39,433 bases of DNA from Aphanothece sp. (GTDB lineage: Bacteria; Cyanobacteriota; Cyanobacteriia; PCC-6307; Cyanobiaceae). A program made the position numbers and the translations under genes. The notes under the pieces are model-generated. The model saw only the letters and a program-made list of their open reading frames with translations, did not search any database and was not told the origin of the DNA. The first letter of the stretch is position 1; each line of letters opens with the position of its first letter. Shown piece after piece: positions 1-10,433 of this stretch. Where the stretch lies: positions 1-39,433 of the forward strand of contig JBEIGX010000001.1 in NCBI GenBank assembly GCA_040381675.1. Direction: 5' to 3'.

Positions 1-134
1 ACCACCCTGGCCAGGGCCAATAAATCCGTTTCAGCGCTGCTGAGCAATACCAGATCCGCGGCTGGATGGCTCAGGAAGGCCAGGGCGTCGCCTTCGTGAT
101 CAGCGGGGCCGGATGTGGTTGGAGGGCGATGCAT
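1..134 (-). CDS. cobN: Cobaltochelatase subunit CobN, 5' end only (runs off window start)
   Basis: Manual minus-strand translation from ATG at 134 gives MHRPPTTSGPADHEGDALAFLSHPAADLVLLSSAETDLLALARV, resembling the cyanobacterial CobN N-terminus (MHR...L(S/T)xA(D/E)TD). A purine-rich GGGGAG lies just upstream. Not in the ORF track. Confidence 0.75.
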   Translation of the reverse strand, partial: MHRPPTTSGPADHEGDALAFLSHPAADLVLLSSAETDLLALARV

Positions 135-186
135 CTCCCCATCCTGGTGGCTGCGGTGAGAAGATCGGGCCAACTTGATGGGCCCC

Positions 187-1104
187 ATGCACCAGTTCCT
201 CCCCTTTGCCTGGTTCGGCGGCAAGTGCGTGCCCTTTGCCGATGCCACCCTTTCGGTGGCCACCCACGCCCTGCACTACGGCACGGGAGCGTTTGGGGGG
301 ATGCGTGGTTTGCCTAATCCAGACGACCCCAAGGAAATTCTTCTGTTCCGCGCCGATCGGCATGCACGCCGACTGAGTCAGAGCGCACGTCTGCTGCAGA
401 CCACCCTCAGCGAAGAGACTGTCATGGAGGTCATCCGCACCTTCATCCAGGCGAACCGACCAACAAAACCTTTCTATATGCGTCCATTCGTATACACGAG
501 TGGATTGGGCATTTCCCCCAGACTGCATGACGTCGTCACTGATTTTCTGGTGTATGGCATTGAAATGGGCGACTACCTCTCGCCGGATGGCGTGTCTTGT
601 CGCATCAGCAGCTGGACCAGGCAGGAAGACCGCTCTCTGCCCCTACGGGGCAAGATCAGCGGGGCCTACATCACCAGTTCCCTCGCGAAAACGGAGGCCG
701 TCAAGAGTGGCTTTGATGAGGCCCTGCTTTTGAACAGCAGGGGAAAAGTGAGTGAGGCCAGTGGCATGAATCTCTTCATCGTCAGGGATGGAAACCTGAT
801 CACTCCAGGGGTGGATCAAGACATTCTGGAAGGAATCACCAGGGCCAGCATTCTCGAATTGGCACCCCGTATGGGGATTCCGGTGATTGAGAGAGCGGTC
901 GACAAAAGTGAGTTATTCATTGCTGATGAGGTGTTCCTGAGCGGCACCGCGGCACGCATCACCCCTGTCCGTTGCGTGGAAACAACGGAACTCTCCACCG
1001 CCAGGCCCGTGATGGAGCAGCTGAGAGATCGGATCACTCGCATCACAGAGGGCCGTGATCCTGAGTATGAACATTGGGTCACCCGGATCAGGATCGAGGA
1101 TTGA
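187..1104 (+). CDS. ilvE: Branched-chain amino acid aminotransferase (PLP fold type IV)
   Basis: Motifs [22 protein letters not shown] (PLP lysine), [15 protein letters not shown] and [10 protein letters not shown]. Start placed at ATG 187; the ORF is open from 175. Confidence 0.93.
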   Translation: MHQFLPFAWFGGKCVPFADATLSVATHALHYGTGAFGGMRGLPNPDDPKEILLFRADRHARRLSQSARLLQTTLSEETVMEVIRTFIQANRPTKPFYMRPFVYTSGLGISPRLHDVVTDFLVYGIEMGDYLSPDGVSCRISSWTRQEDRSLPLRGKISGAYITSSLAKTEAVKSGFDEALLLNSRGKVSEASGMNLFIVRDGNLITPGVDQDILEGITRASILELAPRMGIPVIERAVDKSELFIADEVFLSGTAARITPVRCVETTELSTARPVMEQLRDRITRITEGRDPEYEHWVTRIRIED

Positions 1105-4100
1105 TGCTGGCTCCCTCAACCCCAGCCAAAGCACTGCAGCGCATCGGTTTTTTGGAGCGGCTGCACAGTGCGGACCGACCCGTTCTTGTTTTTGATGGCG
1201 CGACGGGCACCTCGCTTCAGCTCCTCAATCTGACGGCTGAGGATTTTGGTGGAGCGGCCCTGGAGGGCTGCAACGAACAGTTGGTGTTCACCCGGCCCGA
1301 TGCGGTGCAAACCGTGCATCGGCAGTTTCTCGAAGCCGGCTGCGACGTGATTGAGACGGATACGTTCGGTTCCACCTCCATCGTTCTGGCGGAATACGGA
1401 CTCGAAGATCAGGCGTTTGCTCTCAATCAACGGGCCGCGGAACTGGCACGGGAGATCGCCGATGCCTACAGCACGCCGGACAAACCCCGCTTTGTGGCCG
1501 GATCCATCGGACCCACGACCAAGCTGCCCACGCTCGGCCACATCCCCTTCGACACCCTCAAGGACTCCTTCCAAGAACAGGCTGAGGGCCTTTTGGCGGG
1601 CGACGTGGATCTGATGATCGTGGAAACCTGCCAGGACGTACTCCAGATCAAGGCTGCCCTGATGGGACTGGAAGCAGCGTTCCTAAAGGTGGGTCGGCGG
1701 GTGCCTCTGATGGTGTCGGTAACCATGGAAACCACGGGGACGATGCTCGTGGGGTCAGACATCGCTGCGGTCGTGGCCATCCTGGAGCCCTTCGCCATCG
1801 ATGTGCTCGGTCTCAACTGCGCCACCGGGCCAGAGCAGATGAAGGAGCACATTCGCTACCTCAGCGACCACAGTCCCTTTGTGGTCAGCTGTATTCCCAA
1901 TGCCGGCTTGCCGGAGAACGTGGGTGGCGTTGCGCACTACAGATTGACCCCCACCGAGATGAGAATGCAGTTGATGCATTTCGTTGAGGATCTTGGGGTA
2001 CAGGTGATCGGTGGCTGCTGTGGCACCACCCCTGCCCACATCGCCGCCCTAGTGGGCCTCTCCAGGGATCTCAAGGCTGCCCCCAGGCCGGTGAGGGGCC
2101 AGGCAAGCTCGCCAGAACCCAGGCCAGCGATCCACTACGAACCTGCCGCTGCATCCATCTACGGCGTCACCCCGTACCACCAAGACAATTCCTTTTTGAT
2201 CATCGGCGAGCGTCTCAACGCCAGTGGTTCGAAAAAAGTCCGCGAATTGCTGAACAGCGAAGACTGGGATGGCTTGGTGGCCGTCGGGCGGGAGCAGGTG
2301 AAGGAAAACGCCCATGTCCTGGACGTCAATGTCGACTATGTGGGCCGGGATGGGGAGGCCGATATGCAGGCCCTCGTCAGCCGTCTGGTTACCAATGTCA
2401 ATCTTCCCCTGATGTTGGATTCCACCGAATGGCAGAAGATGGAAGCCGGGCTGAAAGTGGCCGGGGGGAAATGCATCCTCAATTCAACCAATTATGAGGA
2501 TGGGGATGAGCGATTTTTCAAGGTGCTCTCCTTGGCTCGTGATTACGGCGCAGGGTTGGTGGTGGGCACCATCGATGAGGAGGGAATGGCCCGATCCTCG
2601 GATCAGAAATTTGCCATAGCCCAACGGGCTTATCGCGATGCCCTGGAATTTGGGTTGCCAGCCCGCGAGATCTTCTACGACCCCCTCGCCCTGCCCATCT
2701 CCACGGGCATCGAGGAAGATCGACGCAATGCCCTGGCCACCATTGAGGCAATTCGTCGGATCAGGGAAAACCTTCCTGATGTGCACATCCTTCTTGGCGT
2801 CAGCAATGTGAGCTTCGGGCTCTCTCCTGCTGCACGTATCGTCCTGAACTCCGTGTTCCTGCACGACTGCTGCGAAGCAGGGATGGATGCGGCCATCATC
2901 AGTCCGGCGAAGATCCTTCCCCTAATCAAGATTTCTCAGGAACAGCAGGATGTTTGCCGGGATTTGATCTACGACAAACGCCGGTTTGAGGGATCCATCT
3001 GCACCTACGACCCCCTCACGGTTCTGACCTCCATGTTTGAGGGGGTGAGCACGAAAGAGGCGCGGGCCTCTGGGCCATCCCTTCAGGATCTGCCGATCGA
3101 GGAGAGGCTGAAACAGCACATCATTGATGGCGAGAGAATCGGCATCAATGATGCTCTCGATGAGGCTCTCCAGTCCTATCCCCCCCTGCAGATCATCAAT
3201 CGATTTTTGCTGGATGGCATGAAGGTTGTTGGTGATCTCTTTGGATCGGGACAGATGCAGCTCCCGTTTGTGTTGCAGAGCGCCGAAACGATGAAGGCTG
3301 CTGTTGCCCATCTTGAGCCCCACATGGAGAAGATCGAGAGCAGCAGCAAGGGGAAATTATTAATCGCCACCGTCAAAGGAGATGTGCATGATATCGGCAA
3401 GAATCTTGTCGATATCATCCTTACCAACAATGGCTACGAGGTGATCAACCTCGGCATCAAGCAACCCGTGGAAGCCATCGTTGAAGCCCAGAAGCTCCAT
3501 CAAGCCGATTGCATTGCCATGAGTGGGTTGCTGGTGAAATCCACAGCCTTCATGAAGGACAACCTGGAAACCTTCAATGGGGTGGGTATCCATGTGCCCG
3601 TCATCCTTGGTGGAGCAGCCCTAACGCCCCGATTCGTGCAGGGCGATTGCCGCCAGGCCTATCGCGGTCAGGTCATGTACGGCCGGGACGCGTTTGCTGA
3701 CCTGAGGTTCATGGATGCCCTGATGGAAGCCAAGGCTTCAGGCCGTTGGGACGACCAGCAGGGATTCCTGGATGGGGCTCCGGAGGCTCTCCAGTGGGGT
3801 ACCCCTACAGCCCCCGACGAAGCCCCAGTCCCGGTCGCTGCTCCCCCTGATCCGACGGCAGCTGACGAGCCTGCTGCATCGGAAGCCAACCTGGACCGTT
3901 CCGAGGCCGTTCCTGAAGAGCCTGTCTTGGTGCCTCCCTTCTGGGGCAGTCGGGTGCTTCGCGAGGACGAGATCCCCCTGGAAGAGGTGATGGGGTATCT
4001 CGACCGCAATGCGCTCTTTGCTGGCCAGTGGCAATTCCGCAAGACCCAGGAGCAATCCCGGGACGACTACGAGGCGATGCTCAAGGCCAAAGCGGAGCCG

Positions 4101-4772
4101 ATCCTCCAGGAGTGGCTCCAGCGCTGCCTGAAGGAGCAGCTCCTGACCCCGCGTGTGGCCTATGGCTATTTCCCCTGTGGGCGGGAAGGAAACAGCCTTG
4201 TGGTGTTTGACCCGGCCCCTCTGGTCAGCGGCGATGCTCCCCAGGGGGCACGGCAGGTGTTGGGGAGGTTTGTGCTGCCGCGTCAGAAAGGAGGAAACCG
4301 CTACTGCATAGCGGATTTCTATCGCGATCTCTCCCTGGCAGCGGATGGCAAGCCGCAAGCCACAGATGGGTTGCCCATGCAAGCCGTGACCATGGGGGAA
4401 ATGGCGACCACCTTTGCCCAGTCGCTGTTCAAGGCGAATCAATATACCGACTATCTCTATTTCCACGGCCTGGCTGTGCAAATGGCGGAAGCCCTGGCGG
4501 AGTGGACCCACGCCCGCATCCGGCAGGAACTTGGCTTTGGCGATCAGGATCCCAGCGCCTTGCGCGACATCCTGGCCCAGCGCTACCGGGGCAGCCGCTA
4601 CTCCTTCGGCTATCCCGCCTGCCCCAATGTCCCGGATTCCCGCCAGCAGCTGGCCTGGCTTGGGGCCGACCGCATCGGGCTGACGATGGATGAAAGCGAC
4701 CAGCTGGAGCCGGAACAGAGCACCACGGCCCTTGTGGCTGTGCACAGCAAGGCCCGCTACTTCAGCGCCTGA
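1104..4772 (+). CDS. metH: Cobalamin-dependent methionine synthase
   Basis: Homocysteine-binding domain ([21 protein letters not shown]), pterin domain ([12 protein letters not shown]), B12-binding motif GDVHDIGKN...SGLL, and activation domain [15 protein letters not shown] overlap with ilvE fixes the start at 1104. Confidence 0.97.
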   Translation: MLAPSTPAKALQRIGFLERLHSADRPVLVFDGATGTSLQLLNLTAEDFGGAALEGCNEQLVFTRPDAVQTVHRQFLEAGCDVIETDTFGSTSIVLAEYGLEDQAFALNQRAAELAREIADAYSTPDKPRFVAGSIGPTTKLPTLGHIPFDTLKDSFQEQAEGLLAGDVDLMIVETCQDVLQIKAALMGLEAAFLKVGRRVPLMVSVTMETTGTMLVGSDIAAVVAILEPFAIDVLGLNCATGPEQMKEHIRYLSDHSPFVVSCIPNAGLPENVGGVAHYRLTPTEMRMQLMHFVEDLGVQVIGGCCGTTPAHIAALVGLSRDLKAAPRPVRGQASSPEPRPAIHYEPAAASIYGVTPYHQDNSFLIIGERLNASGSKKVRELLNSEDWDGLVAVGREQVKENAHVLDVNVDYVGRDGEADMQALVSRLVTNVNLPLMLDSTEWQKMEAGLKVAGGKCILNSTNYEDGDERFFKVLSLARDYGAGLVVGTIDEEGMARSSDQKFAIAQRAYRDALEFGLPAREIFYDPLALPISTGIEEDRRNALATIEAIRRIRENLPDVHILLGVSNVSFGLSPAARIVLNSVFLHDCCEAGMDAAIISPAKILPLIKISQEQQDVCRDLIYDKRRFEGSICTYDPLTVLTSMFEGVSTKEARASGPSLQDLPIEERLKQHIIDGERIGINDALDEALQSYPPLQIINRFLLDGMKVVGDLFGSGQMQLPFVLQSAETMKAAVAHLEPHMEKIESSSKGKLLIATVKGDVHDIGKNLVDIILTNNGYEVINLGIKQPVEAIVEAQKLHQADCIAMSGLLVKSTAFMKDNLETFNGVGIHVPVILGGAALTPRFVQGDCRQAYRGQVMYGRDAFADLRFMDALMEAKASGRWDDQQGFLDGAPEALQWGTPTAPDEAPVPVAAPPDPTAADEPAASEANLDRSEAVPEEPVLVPPFWGSRVLREDEIPLEEVMGYLDRNALFAGQWQFRKTQEQSRDDYEAMLKAKAEPILQEWLQRCLKEQLLTPRVAYGYFPCGREGNSLVVFDPAPLVSGDAPQGARQVLGRFVLPRQKGGNRYCIADFYRDLSLAADGKPQATDGLPMQAVTMGEMATTFAQSLFKANQYTDYLYFHGLAVQMAEALAEWTHARIRQELGFGDQDPSALRDILAQRYRGSRYSFGYPACPNVPDSRQQLAWLGADRIGLTMDESDQLEPEQSTTALVAVHSKARYFSA

Positions 4773-4809
4773 TCGCCATGGCAGGCTGGGGCCCGTTTCC
4801 CCCGATGCC

Positions 4810-5079
4810 ATGGCCCTCTCCGGACCCGATGCGATCGACCAGGCCATCGCCGCAGGCCTCGACCTTGATGGCAGCCCGATCCCCCAGCCCATGCTGGAGC
4901 TCTACCGCGAGGTGATGGCCAAAGAAAATGACCGTCCCCGCAGTGGTGTCACCAAATCGATGCGGAACCGAATTGTGCGAAGTGGAGCCAAGCATCTGAG
5001 CCAGCAGGACCTGGATGCCAGGTTGAAGGCCGCTGGCTGGGATGGATTGAAGGAGAAGGAGATCGCCTTTTTCTATTGA
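4810..5079 (+). CDS. Conserved cyanobacterial small protein (DUF4090-like)
   Basis: MALSGPDAIDQAIAAGLDLDGSPIP...KSMRNRIVRSGAKH...WDGLKEKEIAFFY matches the family as I recall it. Confidence 0.75.
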   Translation: MALSGPDAIDQAIAAGLDLDGSPIPQPMLELYREVMAKENDRPRSGVTKSMRNRIVRSGAKHLSQQDLDARLKAAGWDGLKEKEIAFFY

Positions 5080-5095
5080 TCTGCAAGGGTTCGCC

Positions 5096-5323
5096 CTAGG
5101 TACAGAGATCCTCCAGGGTGTCGATCACATCCTGTTGAAAATCCTCCAGATCCTCTGAATCACTCAGATCAGTGCCCTCTCCTGCTGCGTTCTGGATGAG
5201 TTCTTGAAAATGGAAGGCCCCCTCGCCATGGGCGAGGAATTCCACAGCGGAAGACTCACCGCTTTCCTTGAAGGCATCGCAGAGGGCGAGAAAGGCTGCG
5301 TCTTCGGTGAAATCCCAGCTCAT
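5096..5323 (-). CDS. Small, highly acidic hypothetical protein (75 aa)
   Basis: Protein-like ATG-started ORF that fills the gap between neighbours; 20 D/E residues against one K and no R. Confidence 0.8.
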   Translation of the reverse strand: MSWDFTEDAAFLALCDAFKESGESSAVEFLAHGEGAFHFQELIQNAAGEGTDLSDSEDLEDFQQDVIDTLEDLCT

Positions 5324-5439
5324 GTAGGGGGTGGTGCTAGACGACCTTTAACGCCTCCCCCCCGCGACTCGTCAACCACCTGGATGGATTTTGTGCGGGT
5401 CCTCCATCAGAATCTCCAGATTCGACTTGCCACGAACCC

Positions 5440-5838
5440 GTGTCAGTCCCTCCCACCACGCCCTCCGACACCAGCGCGCCAGCCGCGTTGAACGTGCTTG
5501 GAGACCCCCTGCTCGTCTGTGGTTGCGAGCCCATGACCGGATGGTTCCGGGATGGCTCCTGCCGCACCAATGGGGCCGATCTGGGGCGCCATACGGTCTG
5601 TTGTGTCGTGAGCGAAGGCTTCCTGGCCTACAGCCGGGCCCAGGGCAATGACCTGAGTACACCCGCTCCCCAGTACGGATTTCCTGGACTCCAGAGCGGG
5701 GATCACTGGTGCGTCTGTGCCAACCGGTGGTTACAGGCCTATGAAGATGGCATGGCTCCCCCTGTGCGGCTCGAAGCCTGCGAGGCCTCAACGCTGGAGG
5801 TCATCCCCCTCGAGCTGCTGCAAAGCCAAGCGGTCTGA
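5440..5838 (+). CDS. DUF2237 family protein
   Basis: NVLGDPL..C...PMTGWFRDGSC, HTVC, GNDLSTP and PGLQSGDHWCVCANRW are family signatures. Confidence 0.88.
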   Translation: MSVPPTTPSDTSAPAALNVLGDPLLVCGCEPMTGWFRDGSCRTNGADLGRHTVCCVVSEGFLAYSRAQGNDLSTPAPQYGFPGLQSGDHWCVCANRWLQAYEDGMAPPVRLEACEASTLEVIPLELLQSQAV

Positions 5839-5841
5839 CCT

Positions 5842-6600
5842 TTACCAGGGGATGGGCTGCCCATCCCAGGCCAGGAAGGCTCCCGATGTTTCCGCCGTCT
5901 GTCGTTCCAGCACCGCCAGCAAATGGGACGCGGCCCGTTCGGGTGAGAACAGGCGAGTGGGGGGAATGGACGAGCGGAATGGAGCAGAAAGCTCCGTGGT
6001 GGTGGTGCCGGGATGAAGAAGGGTGACACAGGCCATCGGGAGCCTCCGCCGCCATTCCAGAGCAAGTGTGCGCAACAGCTGGTTTTGGGCAGCCTTGGCC
6101 CCCCGATAGGCATACCAGCCCCCCAGCTGGTTGTCCCCGATGCTGCCCACCCGGGCAGACAGGCTGGCGAAATGGCAGGGAGCGTCCCGGGGAAGGGCCC
6201 CTTCCAGCGCCTGGGCCAACAGGAGGGGCCCCCAGGCATTCACAGCAAAACTTTGTTGGAGGGCCTTCGGATCCACCTGGCTGAGCCGTTTTTCGGGCTG
6301 CAGGTTGGGTCCGTGCAACAGACCCGCCGCACAGATCACCAGCCGAAGGGGAGAAAGCTGCTCCCTGGCGATCTGGCCCAGGCGCTCCAGGCTGACGGGA
6401 TCCGCCAGATCCACCGGCAGATCTGCCTCCCGTCGCCCGGCAGACCACAGCCGCAAGGACGGAGCATGGACGGGGAGAGCCTCCAGGAGAGCCTTCCCAA
6501 TGCCTCCCCTGCCCACCACCAGGGCATGACCCTCCCAGGTCTGCCAGGGACGGGGGGCGTCGTCACTGTCAGGCACAGGCGGAGCGGTGGCTTGTCGCAT
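5842..6600 (-). CDS. Short-chain dehydrogenase, C-factor/CsgA-like
   Basis: GxxGGIG (VGRGGIG), PEKRL, SARVGSIGDN, YxxxK (YRGAK) and HPGTTTT. Start uncertain (ATG 6600 or a later GTG). Confidence 0.88.
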   Translation of the reverse strand: MRQATAPPVPDSDDAPRPWQTWEGHALVVGRGGIGKALLEALPVHAPSLRLWSAGRREADLPVDLADPVSLERLGQIAREQLSPLRLVICAAGLLHGPNLQPEKRLSQVDPKALQQSFAVNAWGPLLLAQALEGALPRDAPCHFASLSARVGSIGDNQLGGWYAYRGAKAAQNQLLRTLALEWRRRLPMACVTLLHPGTTTTELSAPFRSSIPPTRLFSPERAASHLLAVLERQTAETSGAFLAWDGQPIPW

Positions 6601-7551
6601 GATGGCAAGAGAGCGACAAAGGAGCGGGGCATCCTGCGCATCACCTTGCTGGGTCTGGGCGCGTGGGGGAGCACCCTGGCCGATCTCTGGCGTGCCCAGG
6701 GGCACGAGCTGATCACCTGGACCCGGCGAACGGGAGGAAGCCCTAAAGACAGCCTTGCCGGCTCCGATCTGGTGGTGTCCGCGGTGGCCATGGCAGGTGT
6801 GCCCGCTCTGGCTTCCCAGCTGGCTCCGAGCTGGCCCGAAGGGTTGCCCCTGCTCAGCTGCAGCAAAGGAATCGATCCGGTCCAACTCTGCAGCGCAAGC
6901 CAGCTCTGGGAGCGCCAGTTGCCTGGAGCCGCTATGGCGGCCCTCAGTGGACCCAATCTGGCCACTGAGCTGGCCCGGGGCCTGCCGGCTGCCAGTGTGA
7001 TTGCTTCCACCGACCGGACTCTCGCCCAGCGCCTGCAGTCCGAACTGCGTACTCCCCACCTCAGGCTGTACACCAATCAGGACCCCCTGGGAACCGAGGT
7101 GGCAGGGGCGCTGAAGAATGTGATGGCCATTGCGGCGGGAATCAGTGATGGGCTAGGCCTTGGATCCAACGCCAAGGCCTCCCTGCTCACCCGGGGGTTG
7201 GCCGAAACCGGCCTGGTTCTGAAAGCTCTTGGGGGTCAACCGAGCACCCTTTACGGACTGGCCGGGCTGGGCGACCTGCTGGCCACAGCCAACAGCCCCC
7301 TCAGCCGCAACTATCGTTTTGGACTCCTTCTGGCACAGGGGGCTTCCGAGGACAGCGCCCGGGAGGACATTGGAGCCACCGTGGAAGGACCGGCCACCGC
7401 CCGGGCGGCGCTGAAACTGGCCGATCGTGAGGGTTGGTCTCTGCCCATCTGCCGGCAGGTGGTGCAGCTCCTGGAGGGGCAACTCACCGCTCCGGCGGCC
7501 GTGCAGGCGCTGATGGACAGGGAACCGCGCCAGGAGGAGCTCCAGTGGTGA
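6592..7551 (+). CDS. gpsA: NAD(P)H-dependent glycerol-3-phosphate dehydrogenase
   Basis: GLGAWG Rossmann motif, SKGI, LSGPNLA, GALKNV, GLAGLGDL, SRNYRFG and EG. Start codon ambiguous (TTG 6592 or CTG 6634). Confidence 0.93.
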   Translation: MSHDGKRATKERGILRITLLGLGAWGSTLADLWRAQGHELITWTRRTGGSPKDSLAGSDLVVSAVAMAGVPALASQLAPSWPEGLPLLSCSKGIDPVQLCSASQLWERQLPGAAMAALSGPNLATELARGLPAASVIASTDRTLAQRLQSELRTPHLRLYTNQDPLGTEVAGALKNVMAIAAGISDGLGLGSNAKASLLTRGLAETGLVLKALGGQPSTLYGLAGLGDLLATANSPLSRNYRFGLLLAQGASEDSAREDIGATVEGPATARAALKLADREGWSLPICRQVVQLLEGQLTAPAAVQALMDREPRQEELQW

Positions 7552-8486
7552 TGGGGTGCCGGGCCGCCCTGGTGGAAGCCTTCAGCGAACACCCCCTGGG
7601 GGGGAACGGAGCGGCCGTGGTGCTCCTGGAGCAAGCCGTTCCAGCCCCCTGGATGCAGGGGGTGGCTAGAAGCCTGCAGCAATCGGAAACCGCCTTTGTG
7701 CTCCCCCTGGCCGGGGGGGGCTGGGGCCTGCGCTGGTTCACACCGTCCCAGGAGGTGAAACTCTGCGGGCATGCCACCCTGGCGGCCGCCCTGGCCCTGG
7801 GGGCCTGGGGCGTGTTGCCTCAGGGGGGAGCGACCACCTTTTCCACACGCAGTGGACCGCTACAGGTGAGCCTCGTAAGCACTCCAGGAGCGTCCACAGG
7901 GTGCGCCGCCCCCCTCGCCTGGATCGAACTGCCCCAACTCCCCCTAACCCCCCAGCAGGCCCCCCAGGACCTGGTGAAGGTGCTCCTTGACAAGCTGGCG
8001 CATGCTCCGTTGGGGTTTTGGGGCTCTCCCCTGGGATATCAGGTGGCCCTGCTCCCATCCTCTGCTCCGCTCGTCCAGTTGGGAGCGTTGGCCTCAGAGC
8101 TCGCAGGAGCCCCTAGGCAAGGACTGGTGCTGATGCAGCTGCTGCTCCCAGGCGGGAATGGACTGGCGAAGGTGGCAGGGCGACAGGCGGATTACCAGCT
8201 GCGCTTCTTTGCTCCGGGGCTGGGGATTGACGAGGATCCCGTTACGGGATCGGCCCATGCCCTCGTCGCCCCTTACTGGATGGAGCAACTCCAGCGACCA
8301 CGGGTGGTGGGCTGGCAATGTTCCGACCGTCCGGGGGGGATGGTGTGCGAACCCGGTTCTTCAGGCATGATCCGGCTGACTGGTGCAGGACATCTCTTGT
8401 GGGAAGGCACATTGTGGGCCGAGCCAGGGAACTCCTCAGATCCTTCTCAGGTCTGGGACGAATGGGATCGGGTCTGCGGTCGCTAG
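7551..8486 (+). CDS. PhzF-family isomerase/epimerase
   Basis: EAF...GGNGAAVV, SETAF, LRWFTPSQEVKLCGHATLA, RFFAPGLGIDEDPVTGSAH. TGATG coupling to gpsA. Confidence 0.9.
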   Translation: MGCRAALVEAFSEHPLGGNGAAVVLLEQAVPAPWMQGVARSLQQSETAFVLPLAGGGWGLRWFTPSQEVKLCGHATLAAALALGAWGVLPQGGATTFSTRSGPLQVSLVSTPGASTGCAAPLAWIELPQLPLTPQQAPQDLVKVLLDKLAHAPLGFWGSPLGYQVALLPSSAPLVQLGALASELAGAPRQGLVLMQLLLPGGNGLAKVAGRQADYQLRFFAPGLGIDEDPVTGSAHALVAPYWMEQLQRPRVVGWQCSDRPGGMVCEPGSSGMIRLTGAGHLLWEGTLWAEPGNSSDPSQVWDEWDRVCGR

Positions 8487-9487
8487 GGACCCAGGCTCTT
8501 CGCCATCCCTTCTTGCTCACGGCTCCCTTAGCCGCTTCAGCCATCAGCATGGGATTTGCCTCTCAGGCCCTCTTGCGTCCTGCTGCGGTCTCGCAGCAGG
8601 GCGACGTGCTGGATGCCCTGATGGCACCAGCACCGGAGAGGAAGGCCCCCGCAGACACCCCTCTACCCACCAGCCAAGGGGCCCCCGTGGGGTCGGGATC
8701 GAGCCCTGGCGCCCTGCAGGCCAGACGGATTGGAAGCGTTGGCGGAGCTGACCCCGTGCCCGACGCCGAAGCCGGCAATGGACTCAATCTTGAGATCCGG
8801 GTGGCCCTGCTGAAGGTGTCGTCCCAACCGAGCGTGGGGGGCGACAGCGGTTGGCGGGTTCTGGGACGGGAGGGCCAACTGATCCGGCAGGGTGATCCGG
8901 GAGAGGCCATGGGGGCTGATCTGCTGGGATCCTTGGCCGAGGTGTGGATCGAACCCGGCCCCGGTGGAGGCTTGCGGGTGGATGGACGGCCCTACGCCGG
9001 TCGGCTGAGACTGCTGCAAGCCGGCAATGGGGTTCAGGTCGTGAACCACCTCCCCCTTGAGAGCTATGTCAGTTCGGTTGTGGGAGGGGAAATGCCCACC
9101 TCGTGGAAGCTGGAAGCCCTTCGTGCCCAGGCTGTGGCGGCACGGTCCTATGCGATGGCCCACATGGCCCGTCCGGCCAACGAGCATTGGCACCTGGGAG
9201 ACACCACCCGGTGGCAGAACTATGAAGGCCTCAAGACGGTGTCCGACCCCACGTTGCAGGCCACCAATTCCACGGCAGGGGTGATCCTCAGCTATCAGGG
9301 GGGAATCGTGGAAAGCCTGTATGCGGCCACCCAGCAGATCGTGGATGAGGCCCACAGCCATCTGGGGGCGAGCATGAGCCAGACGGGAGCCCAGGAACTG
9401 GCCCAGCAGGGGCTCAGGTACAACGAAATCCTCTCCCACTACTACCAGGGGGCTTCCCTGGCCCGCCTGCAAGTCGGTGCGAGCTGA
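8462..9487 (+). CDS. SpoIID/LytB-domain protein (putative lytic transglycosylase)
   Basis: VNHLPLESYVSSVVGGEMP, EALRAQAVAARSYA and MSQTGA...ILSHYY, plus an N-terminal hydrophobic segment. Start uncertain. Confidence 0.88.
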   Translation: MGSGLRSLGTQALRHPFLLTAPLAASAISMGFASQALLRPAAVSQQGDVLDALMAPAPERKAPADTPLPTSQGAPVGSGSSPGALQARRIGSVGGADPVPDAEAGNGLNLEIRVALLKVSSQPSVGGDSGWRVLGREGQLIRQGDPGEAMGADLLGSLAEVWIEPGPGGGLRVDGRPYAGRLRLLQAGNGVQVVNHLPLESYVSSVVGGEMPTSWKLEALRAQAVAARSYAMAHMARPANEHWHLGDTTRWQNYEGLKTVSDPTLQATNSTAGVILSYQGGIVESLYAATQQIVDEAHSHLGASMSQTGAQELAQQGLRYNEILSHYYQGASLARLQVGAS

Positions 9488-10307
9488 GGGCTACTGGCAA
9501 GCGGCCAAGGCCGTTTCCCTGTCGGCCCTGGAGCAACAGGCCCTGGTTCCCCTGCGGACCACCGAGCTTGAGATCCCTGGGGTACCCCCTTTCCTGTTGC
9601 GGCGATTGGAAGGAGCGCCCCCCCGTCATCTCACGGAGCAGGGGCCCAAGCCCAATCCCTTCCTTCCCTGGGACCCACCCCTGGAGGTGGGGAGACTCGG
9701 CCAGAGCCATGTGCTGATTCTCAACAAGTATCCGGTTCAGCCCGCCCATCTGCTGCTGATCACCCAGCAATGGCAGCCCCAGGCCGGATGGCTCACCCAG
9801 GCCGACTGGGAAGCCGTGGGGCATGTGGCCGCGGACACGGGAGGCCTGTGGTTCTTCAACAGCAGCCCCACGGCGGGAGCCAGTCAACCCCACCGCCATC
9901 TCCAGCTGCTGCCACGGCAGCAGGGGGAGGTCAGCTGCCCTCTGGCTCCCTGGCTTGAGAGCCAGCTCCAGGATCGGCGAAAGCCATGGCCCTGGCGCTA
10001 CGCCCTCAGTCGCCGGTGGGATGCAAGGGAGGGGAAGGATCTGCAGCCTCTTTATCGTCAGCACGCCTCTCTTCTGGATCTGGGTGATCCGGATGGTCCC
10101 GACGCTCCTCAGCATGCCTACAACCTGCTCTTCGACGACCGCTGGTTCTTGAGCGTGCGTCGGGTGAAGGAGCATTGCGCGGGGTTCAGCATTAATGGCC
10201 TCGGCTTTGCAGGGTTTCTCCTTTGCACCGCCCACTCCGATCTCGACTGGTTGGGGACCCATGGCCCCTGGGCTCTGCTGGAGGAGGTGGCGGCCCCTTC
10301 CGTCTGA
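9477..10307 (+). CDS. ATP adenylyltransferase / Ap4A phosphorylase-like protein
   Basis: NPFLP, LNKYPV, FFNSSPTAGASQPHRHLQ (HxHxQ) and INGLGFAG. Confidence 0.88.
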   Translation: MRAEGYWQAAKAVSLSALEQQALVPLRTTELEIPGVPPFLLRRLEGAPPRHLTEQGPKPNPFLPWDPPLEVGRLGQSHVLILNKYPVQPAHLLLITQQWQPQAGWLTQADWEAVGHVAADTGGLWFFNSSPTAGASQPHRHLQLLPRQQGEVSCPLAPWLESQLQDRRKPWPWRYALSRRWDAREGKDLQPLYRQHASLLDLGDPDGPDAPQHAYNLLFDDRWFLSVRRVKEHCAGFSINGLGFAGFLLCTAHSDLDWLGTHGPWALLEEVAAPSV

Positions 10308-10433
10308 ATCAGGTGTTTTTTCGCTGGTCAGGGCCCTTGAAACAAGCTGAGCTAGTGGGGAGCCAGGGATCCCTCCCTTCACGGACGGAAAACCTGATCT
10401 CGGGTGCCTACCAACCTCTGAACTCGCTGTCCC

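Noticed and set aside
3738-4892. 384-aa ORF antisense to metH (likewise 17062-18447, 23926-25116, 33986-35584 and 38175-39380)
   Set aside because: Shadow ORFs opposite well-supported genes, expected from high-GC codon bias; no recognisable motifs.
5842-7551. Long N-terminal extensions of the SDR (405 aa) and gpsA (512 aa) ORFs suggesting fusions
   Set aside because: Each extension is the antisense of the other gene; conserved domains begin near 6600.
10308-10398. Imperfect long-range pairing ATCAGGT/ACCTGAT upstream of sigF
   Set aside because: Short and imperfect, with no match to riboswitch consensus sequences I recognise.
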